64,000 bases of DNA, from positions 34,716,453-34,780,452 of the forward strand of contig NC_057720.1 in NCBI RefSeq assembly GCF_004010195.1, given 5' to 3'. Position numbers and translations under genes: made by a program. Source of the stretch: Chiloscyllium plagiosum. Its lineage: Eukaryota. Position 1 is the first letter of the stretch. The number at the start of each line of letters is the position of its first letter. The notes beneath the pieces are model-generated. The model ran no database searches. It saw nothing but the letters and a program-made list of their open reading frames with translations, and had not been told where the DNA came from. This document shows, one piece after another, positions 1-13,087 of this stretch.

Positions 1-829
1 TGAACAAATGATATGAGCATAACAATCTAGCAGTTTGACACCAATGGTAGATGTAGTTGTTGGAATATAGAACAATTTAACGACCCATAAATATATGTAC
101 TGACTGGTACTTATTAACCACATAGCACAGATGGTTGAAAGGCTAGGAGTTTAAATGGAACAGTTTTGAATAAATACCAATAGATAGCAACTGAATAACC
201 TTTTAAAATTATTAATGTTTTAAAATGTTGGTTCATTATTAAGAAAGAGACATGTGTTGTAACATTGTTGCAAGCTGTAACATTAGCATGAAGAAATTAA
301 CTTTGAAAGTTGAAGCAGCTAAATGAATTCCAATACTTGAGGTATTGTACAAAACGTTTGGACGGGTATTGGACCTGATGGCCTGTAAAGAACATTCAGC
401 AGACCAAAATAAAGCTACCCGTGAAATCATTAATGCTCTCATTTTAATCCCCTGTTAAGGAAGTATCTCGAGGTTATTACTCAGTTTGTTGAGCTATTAT
501 GATGTAAACATTTGATACAACAGATTGTCTTATATTTCTAGCTATATTCAGCATACATCCTTGTACATATAATTGGACTAGTTGACTTAAATATAATTTT
601 TTAACCTAAACTAACCTTGTTAACATTTATATTTTTCTAAGTTGGCTGATGTGAACTTAAAATCTTAAATTCTGTAAGCTTCTCTTTGACAGTGTTGTTT
701 TTGATTTAACAGAAGTGTCCATTCATTATATAACAACTAGCCCTACAGCCCAATGTCCACCCAAGATCCAAGTTGCTGCCACCTCAAAGTAGAAAAGACA
801 ACTTCACAGAAATAGGAATGGTGCCAGAG

Positions 830-1080
830 GACTGAATGCTACACTGCACTCAAAAATAGGAGGGAGAACAACTTACCAATTGCTGACTCATCAGCTTATT
901 GCCAATTTAGAGACAGCATTCTCGAAGAAGAAAATTTAATTGGCACATGCAAAATAATTAAAAATCAGATCCAATTTCTTAAAGACAAATCACGTTTCAC
1001 ACATGTCATTGAGTTGTTTGATGAGTTAACGTAAAGGGTTGAAAATGCCGTTTGTATATATAGACTTTCAACATGTTGTT
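830..1080 (+). mobile_element. Highly decayed CR1 LINE ORF2 (RT N-terminal) fragment
   Basis: Degenerate match to the CR1 PEDW...SCLTNL.EFF...VYIDF region seen in younger copies in this window (e.g. 16934 onward). Confidence 0.55.
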
Positions 1081-1894
1081 TATATGGAATATTTAAACTG
1101 TAGAACAAGTGGTTAAGTTGTCTTGCCATCTAAGATTAGCCCTAAAATTCTTGTTTCTGCATCTTCTTCGTGTATATATCAGCACCAAATATATTGTACT
1201 CTTTATAGTCTCAATTATTTTTACTTCTTCAAATGGATGTTATAATTAGCATTATATTCTAACTTGGAGTGAGGTATCAAACAGATTATATGAGCAATGT
1301 TGGAAAGATACGAGGGAATTTTAACACAACATTAATGTGTAGTAGATCCATATGTCAAACAATGAAAATGGTAAACACTCACATCCACACCATGCTACTG
1401 GTTTACTTTTCTACCTGGCGAATAAGTCAACTCCCATTTTCGGTTCTTCTGGGCAAGAAGTAGGGCTGTGGCATTGGCACATTATGCAGAGATGGGTTTA
1501 AGTATGAAGCCATAGTAGCAGGCCTTGAGCAACTACATGCTCTAGGTGCAGCTAACGCTATTCCATCATACCAAGAAAATCTGTAATAGATACAGTTTGT
1601 CACACCTACTCAAAGGTTGGCCAGCTTTTTTTGATAACTGTGAAGTGTTTGGCAACAAGGACATGTAGAAGCAGAAAATTTGATTCCAAACACTAAGCAA
1701 GACCTCAGAACAAAATACAGTTGACCAACAAGCTGGTACAAACCACCACACTGGCATGAAGGGAAGTGTTAAGAAGATACTCAAATGCAAGCACATCAAT
1801 AAGGTTCAGAATCAGGCAATTAAAAGACAAATTTCAGAATATTACTGAGCTTCCTGTATTGTTAGCTTCACACATTATGTTGATGTATAAGAAG

Positions 1895-2127
1895 ATCAGA
1901 GGTGGAACATGTATGGAATGAGCTGCCACAGGAAGTGGTGGAGGCTGGTACAATTGCAACATTTAAAAGGCATCTGGATGGGTATATGAAAAGGAAGGGT
2001 TTGGAGGGATGTGGGCCAGCTGCTGGCAGGTGGGACTAGATTGGGTTGGGATATTTGGTCGGCATGGACAAGTTGGACTGAAGGGTTTGTTTCCGTGCTG
2101 TACATCTTTATGACTCCATAACTCTAT
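1895..2127 (+). mobile_element. CR1 LINE 3' tail (5'-truncated)
   Basis: TGGAATGAGCTGCCA...GGGACTAGATT...GACTCCATAACTCTAT, near-identical to the 3' end at 18000-18208. Confidence 0.9.
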
Positions 2128-2259
2128 CAGACCTTTTTATGCCTATTAACGTCATATGTCCTGAAAGGGCAGCATGACATAAAGAAAAACTAAAACTGAC
2201 AATGAAGCTGGTGGAAACACATTACCACGACACATCCTGAAGGGCACACACCTCAGATA

Positions 2260-3785
2260 GTGACATTTCAAAGTGCTACCTGTAAGAGACAATATTCACA
2301 ACATTTCACCAATCCTCAAATTGTTAGACTCACACTGCAGTACCAACATGCAAGATCAACATGGCTTCCCAGATTCTTCTGTCTGGTAGCAGGATTGCCA
2401 GTCTGCATGAATCTCAATGCAGTCAAACTTTATAAGATTCAAACCGCTCCCACTATAGTAGTACAAACCACATGTGATAAAATTGAATCAATGAACTCAG
2501 AAGCCAAATTGATTTCAATGTGATTGGCAATTTTAACAGTGATGCAACATTGCATCGCAAGGGTGATATTGATCTTCTAAGGAAATGCAGCATGCCTATT
2601 CAGGAGAAGTTTCCTGTGGAACTCAAAGAGATGGAATTAATTGACATAATAAGGAAGATGGGCCACCACCCAGATTGGTATCGTTCCATCACATGCATTT
2701 TAATGAAAGCTGGCATAAAAGAGTATGCCTTGATCCGATGATCCTCAACTGTTCATATAAAAGGTGTTCACATAAAATACCAGTGCTGGAAGAACTAAAT
2801 GCTAAATTTTCTGAAGTCAGATTATTTTCAGCACTAGATACAGAATCTAGCTGATGGCACTTCCATTTAGCAAAAGAATCCCAGAAGCCCATTTCGGATG
2901 CCTTTTGAATATTACTCTTTCTGATGGTAATAATTTGGGCTATGAATTAGTCGAAACCTACTACAGAAACAGATGGATTGGATTATTGAGACTGTACTTA
3001 GCAGCATGTAACTGTCAAATTAGTGATCATTACGGTGGCACAGTGGTTAGCACTGCTGCCTCACAGCGCCAGAGACCCGGGTTCAATCCCCCCCCCCCCA
3101 GGAGACTGACTGTGTGGAGTTTGCACATTCTCCCCGTGTCTGCGTGAGTTTGCTCCGGTTTCCTCCCACAGTCCAAAGATGTGCAGGTCAGGTGAATTGG
3201 CCATGCTAAATTGCCCGTAGTGTTAGGTAAGGGGTAAATGTAGGGGTATGGGTGGGTTGCGCTTCGGCGGGGCGGTGTGGACTTGTTGGGCCGAAGGGCC
3301 TGTTTCCACACTGTAAGTAATCTAATCTAATTAGTTGTTGAGCAACAATCAAGATTTTCACATTGCATTGCTGCATTTTTTGCATCAGTATTAGGGAAGG
3401 TATGACTATTCACAATTTATACTCAGAAGGCAAATGTGAATGGCCTTGCACAGTAACCAATTGGCCAACAATGCTGAGATGCAGGACATTCTTCTTCAAA
3501 AACAGAGGAGAATGATAGAGATGCATGACAAATGAGCAAGTAGAAAACTATCAAAACTGCACATCAGACTGAGTGAAATTTAAAAATATATATACAAATG
3601 CTTGGATAGGATTCTTTCTATACTATATTACCAATGCCTAGAATCTGATGTTATGAAGGATATCATAAGAATTGCCATGTCAGGTAGCAAAACCCTGCTG
3701 GAAGTAAATTGTACATCTTGGAATTTGGAAATGTATTGAATATCACAGCAGAGAGTAGAAAATCTCAGGTTTGCATACCATCCTG
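2260..3785 (+). mobile_element. Fossil Ty3/Gypsy pol (protease-RT-integrase remnants), split by a SINE at 3032-3330
   Basis: Translates to ELKEMELIDIIRK...DW...RVCLDP..LN...R..HKIPVLEELNAKFS....FSALD (RT) and HLGIWKC near 3715-3735 (integrase H2C2-like); many stops and frameshifts. Confidence 0.7.
3032..3330 (+). mobile_element. HE1/V-SINE-type tRNA-derived SINE
   Basis: A box TGGCACAGTGG, B box GGTTCAATCC, V-domain CTGTGTGGAGTTTGCACATTCTCCCCGTG, CR1-like tail ending in (AATCT)n. Confidence 0.92.
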
Positions 3786-4000
3786 ACTTGGCACTTTATT
3801 GCCACTTGTTCACTGTTGATTGAAGAAAATCCTGCAATGCCCTTCCCAATAGCGTGGTTACAGCATAGGAAGCATAGTAGTTTAAGAAGACAGCCCACCG
3901 CCACCAAAGACAATTAGTGGTGGGTAGTAAATGCTGGCCAAGCCAGTGACACTCATATCTTGTGAAAGAAAAGAGTACAATTGTCATTAAAACACTGGTG

Positions 4001-4975
4001 GAAGTGAGGTCTGCAGATGCTGGCGATCAGAGTCAAAAAGTATGGCGCTGGAAAAGCACAGCCGGTCAGGCAGCATTTGAGGAACAGGAGAATCGACGTT
4101 TCAGACATAAGCCCTTCATCAGGAATTGAGAGGGGTGGGGGGTTGGGGGTGGTTGGCAGAAGAGGGCTGAAAGATAAATAGGGGCGGGGGTAGGAGGAGA
4201 TAGCTGGGAAGGTGATAGATAGATGCTGGTGGGGGGGTAATGGTGAGTAGGTGGAATGGAGACATGGAAAGTAAGATGGACAGGTAGGACAGTTCAAGAG
4301 GGCAGTGCTGTGTTGGAGGTTTGAATCTGAATGAGGTGGGTGAACAGGAGATGAGGAAACTGGTGAAATCAACATTGATGCTGTGTGGTTGGAGGATTCC
4401 AAGGCGCAAGATGAGGAGTTTTTCCTGCAGGCATTGGGTGGCTTGGATTTGGTGGTAGAGGAGGCCCAAGACCTGCGTGTCCTAGGCGGAGTGAGATGGG
4501 GCATCGAAGAGTTCAGCCACAGGACACTGGGGTTGTTTGGTGAATGTGTCCCAGAGGTATTCCCTGAAATGTTCCGCAAGTTGCATCCTGTCTCCCCAGT
4601 GTAGAGGCGACCACATTGAGAGCAACAGACACAGTAGATGAGGTGTTTGGATGTGCAGGAAAATCTCTGTTAGATGTGGAAGGATCCTTTAGGGTCTTGG
4701 ATGAGGTGAGTAGGGATAAGTTTTACACTTGCTGTGGCAGCAAGGGAAGGTGCCGGGAGTGGAGGGTGGGTTGGTGGTGGGGGCATGGACCTAATGAGGG
4801 AGTTGCAGAGGGAATGGTCTCGGCAGTATGCAGACAGGAGTGGGGAGGGAAATATATCTCTGGTGATGGAGTCTGATTGCAGGTGGTGGGAATAGCAGAG
4901 GATAATGCGCTGTATCCGGAGATTTGTGGGGTGGAAGGTGATGACAAGGGGTGAGGGGTGTTCTATGGTGGGGTT
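4001..4975 (-). mobile_element. Penelope-like element 3' part: GIY-YIG endonuclease remnant plus hammerhead-bearing terminal region
   Basis: Minus strand reads TFPCCHSKCKT...LIYCVCCSQCGRLYTGETG...LGLL...LILRLGILQPHSINVDF; CTGATGA..GAAACGTC motif at about 4091-4125. Confidence 0.85.
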
Positions 4976-5199
4976 TGTTAAAATACTGGTGTGATGGCTG
5001 CAAACATATCAGATGAAATTGAAAAATTTTGAACGAAGTGATATATTTAAGTGGGAAAAATGAAGAAGCTACTACATAAACCAATTCATACACTATTAAA
5101 TAAGCTGAAATAGCTGAGAGACTGTGGGCTGAATTTTTACTTCTGGGTCAAGAAACAAGAGCTGGAGCTAAGTATATATTCTGAGGTCATCCAGCAGTC

Positions 5200-5895
5200 T
5201 GTCCAACTGCTCTTCTCTCTCTGGGCTCTATCCCCACCTACTGCTTGCTCCTTAACCCCTTCCTTCCATCCTATGTTCTGCATTTAAACCACCACTTTCC
5301 GACCTACAGAGTGGAAACACGCCATTAGGCCCAACAGGTTCACACTGACTCTCCGAAGAGTAACCCACCCAGACCTATTCCCCTACCCTAATACTCTACA
5401 TTTTCCCTGACTAATGCACCTAACCTACACATCCCTGAACACTATGGGCAATTTAGCATGGCTAATTCACCTAACCTGCACATCTTTGGACTGTGGATGG
5501 AAACTGGAGCACCGAGAGGAAACCCATACTGACACGGGGAGAATGTGCAAATTCCATAAAGACAGTTGCCTGAGGCTGGAATTGAACTCACGTCCCTGGT
5601 TTGTGAGGCAGCAGCACTAACCACTAAGCCACTGTGCCGCCAATTACATCAGTCACTAAAAATTATACTTCAGGTTACGAAGGCCATAAAACCACAAACA
5701 ATGCCCTTAGCTTTATCTCTGAAGGGGTAGATTTGAAAGTATGGATGCCTTGCTAAGTCTGAGGACATTCTGAGGAAGGGTTACTCAACCCAAAACGTTA
5801 ACTCTGATTTCTCTCCACAAATGCTGCCAGACCTGCTGAATGTTTCCAGCAATTGCTTGTTCTTGTTTCTGATTTACAGCAGTTCTTTCAGTTTT
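5200..5895 (+). mobile_element. PLE 3' fragment (family B) interrupted by a SINE and a CR1 piece
   Basis: Pyrimidine-rich 3' region, then CTGAGGAAGGGTTACTCAACCCAAAACGTTAACT at 5770-5803 and GATGCTGCCAGACCTGCTG-type tail. Confidence 0.65.
5303..5642 (-). mobile_element. HE1/V-SINE-type SINE
   Basis: Reverse-complement match to 3032-3330. Confidence 0.9.
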
Positions 5896-6281
5896 TTCCT
5901 AGAATCATAGAGTCATAGAGATGTACAACATGGAAACAGACCCTTCGGTCCAATCCATCCATGCCGACCAGATATCCCAACCCAATCTAGTCCCACTTGC
6001 CAGCACCCGGCCCATATCCCTCCAAACCCTTCCTATTCATCTCCCCATCCAAATGCCTCTTAAATGTTGCATTTGTACTAGCCTCTACTACTTCCTCTGA
6101 CAGCTCATTCCATACACATACCACCCTCTGTGTGAAAAAGTTGCCTCTTAGATCTCTTTATATCTTTCCCCTCTCACCCTCAACCTCTGCCCTCTAGTTC
6201 TGGATTCCCCGACCCCAGGGAAAAGACTTTGCCTCTTTACCCTACCTGTGCCCCTCATAATTTTGTAAACCTCTATAAGGT

Positions 6282-6411
6282 AAAAACAATGACTGCAGAT
6301 GCTGGAAACCAGATTCTGGATTAGAGTGGTGCTGGAAAAGCACAGCAGTTCTGACATCATCCCAGAAGCAGGAAAATCGACGTTTCGGGCAAAAGCCCTT
6401 CATCAGGAAAG
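6282..6411 (-). mobile_element. 130-bp PLE mini-element (family A) with 13-bp TSD
   Basis: Exact duplication ACCTCTATAAGGT at 6269-6281 and 6412-6424. Confidence 0.88.
6375..6410 (-). ncRNA. Minimal type-I hammerhead ribozyme motif
   Basis: Minus strand: tttc-CTGATGA-a-GGGC-tttt-GCCC-GAAA-c-GTC-gatt; intact core, 4-bp stem II, ACGT palindromic stem III, short stem I. Confidence 0.75.
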
Positions 6412-6814
6412 ACCTCTATAAGGTCATCCCTCAGGCTCTGACACTCCAGGGAAAATAGCCCCAGCCTGTTCAGCCTCTCCGTACAGCTCAAATCCTCCAA
6501 CCCTGGCAACATCCTTGTAAATCTTTTCTGAACTGATAGTCACTCTTCGGGATTTTGACAAGGGTGGCCTCTTAATTGACATGGAAATCAATTCATGTCC
6601 CAATGCGAATGACAAGTGGGTTCTGAAAGGTGATGGTCAACCAGAAGAAGAGTCAGGAGAACAGGATGCCAGCTGCTGTTGATATTTTTGGACCACGCTC
6701 ACTTCGACTCTTGACTTTGCAGGGTCAAAAATCCTGCCCAGTGTATGGACGCAAACGTTTGCCGATGTCAGGACAATTTTGGAAGGCTGTTAACTGCATA
6801 TGGGATTCTTGGTA

Positions 6815-7140
6815 TCATTAATATAGGGGTAGAGTGCATAAGCATGGGAAATTAGCTAAATGTTTTGTAAAATGCTGGTTAGACCTCAGCTGGACTATTT
6901 TTCACCTGAGTCTTCTGTTCAATTTTGGAGATAACATTTTGCAAACAATATCAAGACCTCATAAAGGATGCAGAAATGATTTACTAGAATGGAAACAGAG
7001 ATGAGAGACTTGTGATATACATAGAATTTGGGATTATCCTCCTTAGAAGGTCAAGAAGGTATCCTTGATAGGGCTGTTGAAAACTATGAAGACTCTTGAT
7101 AGACCAAATTAAGGAAAAACTGTTTTGGTTGTTGTGTGGG
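6815..7140 (+). mobile_element. Decayed CR1 ORF2 3' fragment
   Basis: Degenerate LVRPQL(E)Y...QFW...R.Q..FTRM region; resumes briefly after the SINE at about 7505-7640. Confidence 0.6.
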
Positions 7141-7147
7141 TGTTAGG

Positions 7148-7500
7148 GAGTTAATGGTGCCATGGTATTATTGCTGGATTATTAACACAGAAATCCAGGT
7201 AACGCTCTGGGGACCTGGGTTTAGTTCTCACCACAGTGAATGATGGAAATTGGATAAAAAATCTGGAATTAAGAGTCCATTGATAATTCTGAAACCATTG
7301 TCAATTGTTCGGGAAAACCCCATCTGGTTTACTAATGTTCTTCAGGAAAGGAAACTGCAATCCTTACCTGGTTTGGCAGACATGTGACTCCAGACCCACA
7401 GCAATGTGGTTGACTCTTGACTGCCTGCTAGGCAATTAGAGATGGACAATAAATACTCGCCTAGCAAATAATGTTCATATCCCTTAAATGAATAGAAAAA
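7148..7500 (+). mobile_element. Older tRNA-derived SINE (MetaSINE/SlmI-like central domain) with CR1-type tail
   Basis: AAAACCCATCTGGTTTACTAATG...CATGTGACTCCAGACCCACAGCAATGTGGTTGACTCTT; related minus-strand copy near 52205-52480; family name recalled from memory. Confidence 0.65.
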
Positions 7501-8499
7501 ATACAGTGGTCACAGATTTAAGATAATTTACAAAGGAAGCTGGACTAAAATGAGAGATGTATTTTTAACAATAATAGTTAGGAATCCACTGTCTGAAAGC
7601 ACTTTATGAGTGGAATTTGATAAGTACTTGAAGAGAAATAATTTCCAACTACAAAACTTGTATTTATGTAACATTTCAAACATGATAAAATATCTCAAGA
7701 CAATTTGTAGGAAAGTCATCAAGAAAAGATTGACACCAAATCATATAAGGACACTTTAGGGCAGATAATCACAAGTTTGATCAAAGATTTAGTCAAAATT
7801 TTAGAAGTATCTGAAAGCAGGAAGAGATGTGCTTAGGTTTATGGAGAGAACTCCACAGCTGAGAAACATCAGGTATAGGAACCAACTCTTAAGTTTTACA
7901 CTCCATATCTCGGGGCACTGAGGATAATTACAGTGTCATCAACTTACCCTGCACAAAATCAGCTTACTCAGAACTGGATTAGATCTTCCTGCTCTAATGG
8001 ACCCAGTTCTACAACGTGCAGTGACTTTCAAAACTTAAGAGTGCCAGAGCTTTCAAAATTACCAAACATTTATAACAGGTGTGTTGAAGGGATTTTCTTT
8101 TCTTCTTCTCTGTGTATTCTCAGATTCTGACTTATTTCCCATCCACATGAAGTGTTAAAACTCTATAAACAGTGACTTGCCTCAGGGTTACAAGAAACTG
8201 GTTTACCAAATTCATAAATTAATGGCAAACCTCTTTCTTCTTGATTACATGCTTGTCAGATGTAAATCCATTCCACTGTGTTAGCTGCAGCTGGCCTTCC
8301 CACGCAAGTAACTCCACCTTTCGAAATCATTTAGCATCTTTTTTTAGGAAAATCTCAGTGAGTATTTATCATTATAATACTGGAAATGTACAGGTTTGCA
8401 GTGAAACACCACATAATGAGTGAATGATAAAGTCATGAGGTGCTTGTTCCAATTAACTGGCTTCATTGGCAACATGTCAAATTTTCGTGAGACTCAAAA

Positions 8500-10212
8500 T
8501 TTTGTTTTAAGGGAAAGAAGGTAGTACAATGGGCATTTAAAAAGGGGATAGACAAAAGATGTGGAATTATAGATGGTTAGCTTATCTTCTGTAGTGGTGA
8601 AGATGCTTGAGTCTATTATCAAGGAAGAAATAGCAAGGCATCTAGATATAAATTGTCCCATTGGGCAGAAAGAGCATGGGTTCATGAAGGACAGGTCATG
8701 CTTAACTAATCTTTTGGAATTCTATGAAGACATCATAGCCAAGGTGTATAACAGGGACCCAGTAGATGTGGTGTATTTAGATTTCCAAAAGGCATTTGAC
8801 AAGGTGCCGCACAAAAGGCTGCTGTATAAGGTAAAGATGCATGATATTATGGGTAAAGTATTAGCATGGATAGAGGATTAGTTGACTAAAAGGAAGCAGA
8901 ATGGGAATAAATGAGTGCTATTCTGGTTGGCAATCAATAACTAGTGATGTGCCTTAGGGATCAGTGTTGGGACTGCAAGTATTCACAATTTACATAGATG
9001 ATTTGGAGTTGGTGACCACATGTAGTGTATCAAAGTTTGCAGATGACGCAAAGATGAATGGCAGAGTAAAGTGTGCCGAGGACTGTGAAACTTTGCAGAA
9101 GAACATAGATAGTTTAAGTGAGTGGGCAAAGGTCTGGCAATTGGAATACAATGTGACGTCATCCATTTTGGTAGGAGTAACAGTTAATAGGATTATTACT
9201 TGAATAGCAAAAAGTTGCAACATGCTGCTATGTGGAGGGACCTGGGTATCCTTGTGTATGAATCACAGAAAGGTGGTCTGCATATAAGATTATTAAAGGA
9301 TTGGAAACTCTGGAGGCAGGAAACATGTTTCCACTGATGGGTGAGTGCTGAACCAGAGGACACAGCTTAAAAATACGGGGTAGACCATTTAGGACAGAGA
9401 TGAGGAGAAACTTCTTCACCCAGAGAGTCGTGGCTGTGTAGAATGCTGTGCCCCAGAGGGCAGTGGAGGCCCAGTCTGTGGATTCATTTAAGAAAGAGTT
9501 GGATAGAGCTCTCAAGGATCAAGGGTTATGGAGATTAGATTAGATTCCCTACAGTGTGGAAACAGGCCCTTCAGCCCAACAAGTCCACACCGACCCGCTG
9601 AAGCGTAACCCACCCAGACCCATTCTCCTACATTTACCCCTTCACCTAACACTACGGGCAATTTAGCATGGCCAATTCACCTGACCTGCACATTTTTGGA
9701 TTGTGGGAGGAAACCAGAGCACCTGGAGGAAACCCACGCAGACTCGGGGAGAATGTGCAAACTCCACACAGAGAGTCGCCTGAGGCGGGAATTGAACCCG
9801 GGTGTCTGGCGCTGCGAGGCAGCAGTGCTAACCACTGTGCCACCATGCCGCCCACATAAGGCAGGAACAGGATACTGATTAAGGATGAATGGCCTACTCC
9901 TGTACCTATTGTCTATTGTCTATTATCTTGTAGAAACATATAAAATTAAGTAATATTCCAATGGAGAGGATGTTTCCACTGGCAGGTGAAACTAGGACAA
10001 TAGGGCACAGTCTTAAAATTAGGGGGAGCAGGTTTAGGACTGAATTGAGAAGGAACTTCTTCACCCAAAGAGTTATAAATCGATGGAATTTTATAGAATC
10101 TAGGGCAGGTAAGTGAACCTGAGGCCATGAAAATATCAGCCATGATCTTATTAAATGGCAAAGCAGACTTGAAAGGCCAGATGGCCTACTCCTGCTCCCA
10201 GTTCTTATGTTA
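8500..10212 (+). mobile_element. Cluster of CR1 ORF2 RT and 3' fragments
   Basis: ORFs SCLTNLLEFYED...VVYLDFQKAFDKVPH and YIDDL...SKFADD; two separate 3' tails ending near 9925 and 10212. Confidence 0.88.
9532..9853 (-). mobile_element. HE1/V-SINE-type SINE inserted in a CR1 tail
   Basis: Full-length reverse-complement copy with (AATCT)n tail. Confidence 0.92.
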
Positions 10213-10563
10213 GGTGCAACCTGCAGTTAAGGAGCCAAATTATTCAAGTAAAATCCCAAAGATTGTTTTAATCTAAGTTGCCTCATCGAATTTAACAGGA
10301 TTACATTTTACACCGTTTCTGCTGCGAAAGATGGATTAAAATAAAACTTTTTTTGCTGAATTTCACACTTTAGGGCAAGATTTTCTCTCCAGAGTTTCTC
10401 ATGCATGTATGTTGTAGATGAGGCCTACATTTATCTAATTATGAAAAAGCAAGCATGGATTTTTTTTCAGTTAGGCACAAAGTCCACTTTCTTTTTGTAT
10501 GGTTAGCATCTTATTCACTTTTGCATTGATTATTTTTCTCTTCATTGCTTTTATGCAAGTTAG

Positions 10564-10690
10564 CCGATCTTCAAAACAAGACTTCTCTGAAGACTTGACA
10601 AATACTTTACAAACCCTGCTAATACGTTATGAAAGTGAAAATGCACTTTTCCAAGAATAATTGAGTGAAATGAGAAAAAAAATCCAATTC
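10564..10690 (+). pseudogene. Candidate coiled-coil exon remnant with in-frame TAA
   Basis: Polypyrimidine tract plus AG, then RSSKQDFSEDLTNTLQTLLIRYESENALFQE*LSEMRKKIQ (TAA at 10658-10660); no clear donor. Confidence 0.25.
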
Positions 10691-10739
10691 AGTCACAACT
10701 CATGTTCTGTCCTGTCAATCACAAGGAATGATTTCGGAA

Positions 10740-10905
10740 CAGAAAGCTCAGCAGATCTAGCAGCATTTGTGAAGAGAAATTGGGTCCGGTGACCCATCCA
10801 CAGAATCCTGAAATTTTAACTTTGATTTCCCTTCACAGATGCTTTTCCAGCAACTTCTGGTTTTGTTTCTGATTCACAGCATCTGCAGTTCCTTTGGCTT
10901 TTATT
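10740..10905. mobile_element. Decayed palindromic PLE mini-element (family B)
   Basis: Arms GCAGCATTTGTGAAGAGAAAT / GATTTCCCTTCACAGATGCT flank a degenerate GGGTC..GACCC stem. Confidence 0.6.
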
Positions 10906-11394
10906 TAATGATATTTGAACATATGTCCTCAGAATGTAGGAGTCAATGGTTAGGCCACTTCGATTGCCTTGTCCTAGTTTTCCTGCAACGATGATATTAG
11001 ACATTTTTAAACTGCTTCAAACCTTGTGGTGATGTGACACCTACACCAGGAAGCTTCTGGATGATACAGGATCTGCATTAAAATCCGTGTGGTTACTGTA
11101 TTTCTGATAAACACTGAGGTTGGTATGGAAATGTAATTGCTTCATTTATTTCAGACTCTCTAGGACCTGTTTTTTAGCTATCACATATAAAAACAGGAGG
11201 AGATCTTGGACTGCAATTTCTGTGTTCTGAATATTATTCATATCATTTGTTATATTAGTAATTTCTATCCATATACATTAAAATAAAGATGCTTGTTGGA
11301 ATAAGAACTACTTAAACAAGATGAGTAAAACTTTTTTTATCATCCAAAACATAAGCACCATTAACAAGGAATACTAAAGCTGTGAGTTGGCTAT

Positions 11395-13087
11395 ATTCAC
11401 TGGAATAGGCATCACAGAGATGTGGTTGCAGGCGGTTCAGGACTGGCAGTTAAACATCCAAGGATTTACAACTTATCGAAAAGACAGGGAGGTGGGCAGA
11501 GGGGGCAGAGTTGCCTTGTTAGTTAAGAATGAAATTAAATCTATGGCACTGAATGACATGGGGTCAAATGATTGGAATCTGTGTAGGTGGAGTTGAGGAA
11601 GCACAAAGGCAAAAAAAAAACAGAATGGGAGTTATGTACAGACCACCCAGCAGTGGTCAGGACCAGGGGTACAAAATATACCAGGAAATAGATAGGGCAT
11701 GTCAGAAAGGCAAGGTCACGGTGATTTTGGGGGACTTCAATATTCAAATGGACTGGGTGAATAATGTTGCTGGTGGAACCAAAGAAAGGGAATTCATGGA
11801 ATACTTACAAGATGGCTTTTTGGAACAACTTGTGATGAAGCTCACAAGGGAGCAGGTTATTCTGGACTTAATGCTATGTAATGAGCCAGACTATAAAAGG
11901 TCTTAAAGTAAGGGGGCACTTAGGAGGTAGTGATCATCATATGGTAGAGTTCAGACTGCAGTTTGAAAGCAAGAAGGCAAAATCAGATGTAATGGTGTTA
12001 CAGGTAAATAAAGATAATTACAGGGGCATGAGAGAAGAACTGACGAAAACTGACTGGAAGCAGAGGCTAGTGGGAAAGACAGTAGAGCAACAATGGCAGA
12101 GGTTTCTGGGTGGAATTGATGACACAGTACAGAGGTTCATCCCAAAGAAAAGAAAGATTATCCAGGGGGGGATTAGACAGCCATGGCTGACAAAGGAAGT
12201 CAGGAAATGTATCATAGAAAAAGAGAGAGCCTATAAAGTTGCTAAGAACACTGGGAAATCAGAAGATTGGGAAGGTTACAATAACAAACAGAGGATAACA
12301 AAGAGAGAAATAAGGAAGAAGAGGATCAAATATATATTAAAACAGTAATATTAGAAATGATAGTAAAAGTTTCTTTCCACACATAAGAAACAAATGAGAG
12401 GCAAAAGTAGACATTGGTGCTGGAAGGCTAATGATGGGAGATAAGGAAATAGCTGATGAACTTAATAAATACTTTGGGTCAGTCTTCACAGTGGAAGACA
12501 TGAGTAATATTCTAACAATTAAGGAGAGTCAAGGGGCAGAGTTGAGTATAGTAGCCATTACAAAAGAGAAAGTGCTGGAAAAGCTAAAAGGTCTAAAAAT
12601 TGATAAATCTCCTGGCCTCGTTAGGCTACATCCTAGAATTCTGAGGGAGATGGCAGAAGAAATAGTGGAGACATTGATTGTAATCTTTCAAAAATCACTG
12701 GAGTCAGGGAAAGTCCCAGATGATTGGAAAATCGCTGTTGTACCCCCCTTGTGCCAGAAAGGATCAAGACATAAGATGGTAAATTATAGGCCAATTAGCC
12801 TAACCTGGGTTGTAGGTAAAATTCTAGAATCCATCGTTAAGGATGAGATTTCTAAATTCTTGGAAGTGCAGGGTCGGATTAGAACAAGTCAGCATAGATT
12901 TAGTAAGGGGAGGTCGTGCCTGACAAACCTGTTAGAATTCTTTGAAGAAGTAATAAGTAGGTTAGACCAGGGATATTATCTACCTAAACTTCCAAAAGGC
13001 CTTTGATAAGGTGCCTCACCAGAGGCTAATGAGTAAGGTGAGGGCCCATGGTGTTCAAGGTGAGCTACTGGCATGGATTGAGGAATA
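11395..13087 (+). mobile_element. CR1 LINE ORF2 (APE endonuclease to RT N-terminus), frameshifted
   Basis: GITEMW, YRPP, LGDFN, GGSDH endonuclease motifs; KSPG...HPRIL, NYRPISLT, SCLTNLLEFFEEV. Confidence 0.93.

Larger units (their letters stand above)
5901..6533 (-). mobile_element. CR1 LINE 3' fragment containing a nested PLE mini-element
   Basis: Starts with (GAGTCATA)n tail complement; encodes LIEVYKIMRG...LFPGVGESRTRG. Confidence 0.92.

Noticed and set aside
1250..1335. Possible exon HYILTWSEVSNRLYEQCWKDTREF*
   Set aside because: Weak acceptor, internal stop, no clear donor; cannot be distinguished from chance, though worth rechecking if the pseudogene model holds.
3032..3100. tRNA-like A/B boxes (and about 10 similar sites)
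   Set aside because: They are SINE heads followed by a V-domain and LINE tail; no cloverleaf or terminator.
3953..4579. 208-aa ORF
   Set aside because: Off-frame read-through of the Penelope 3' region.
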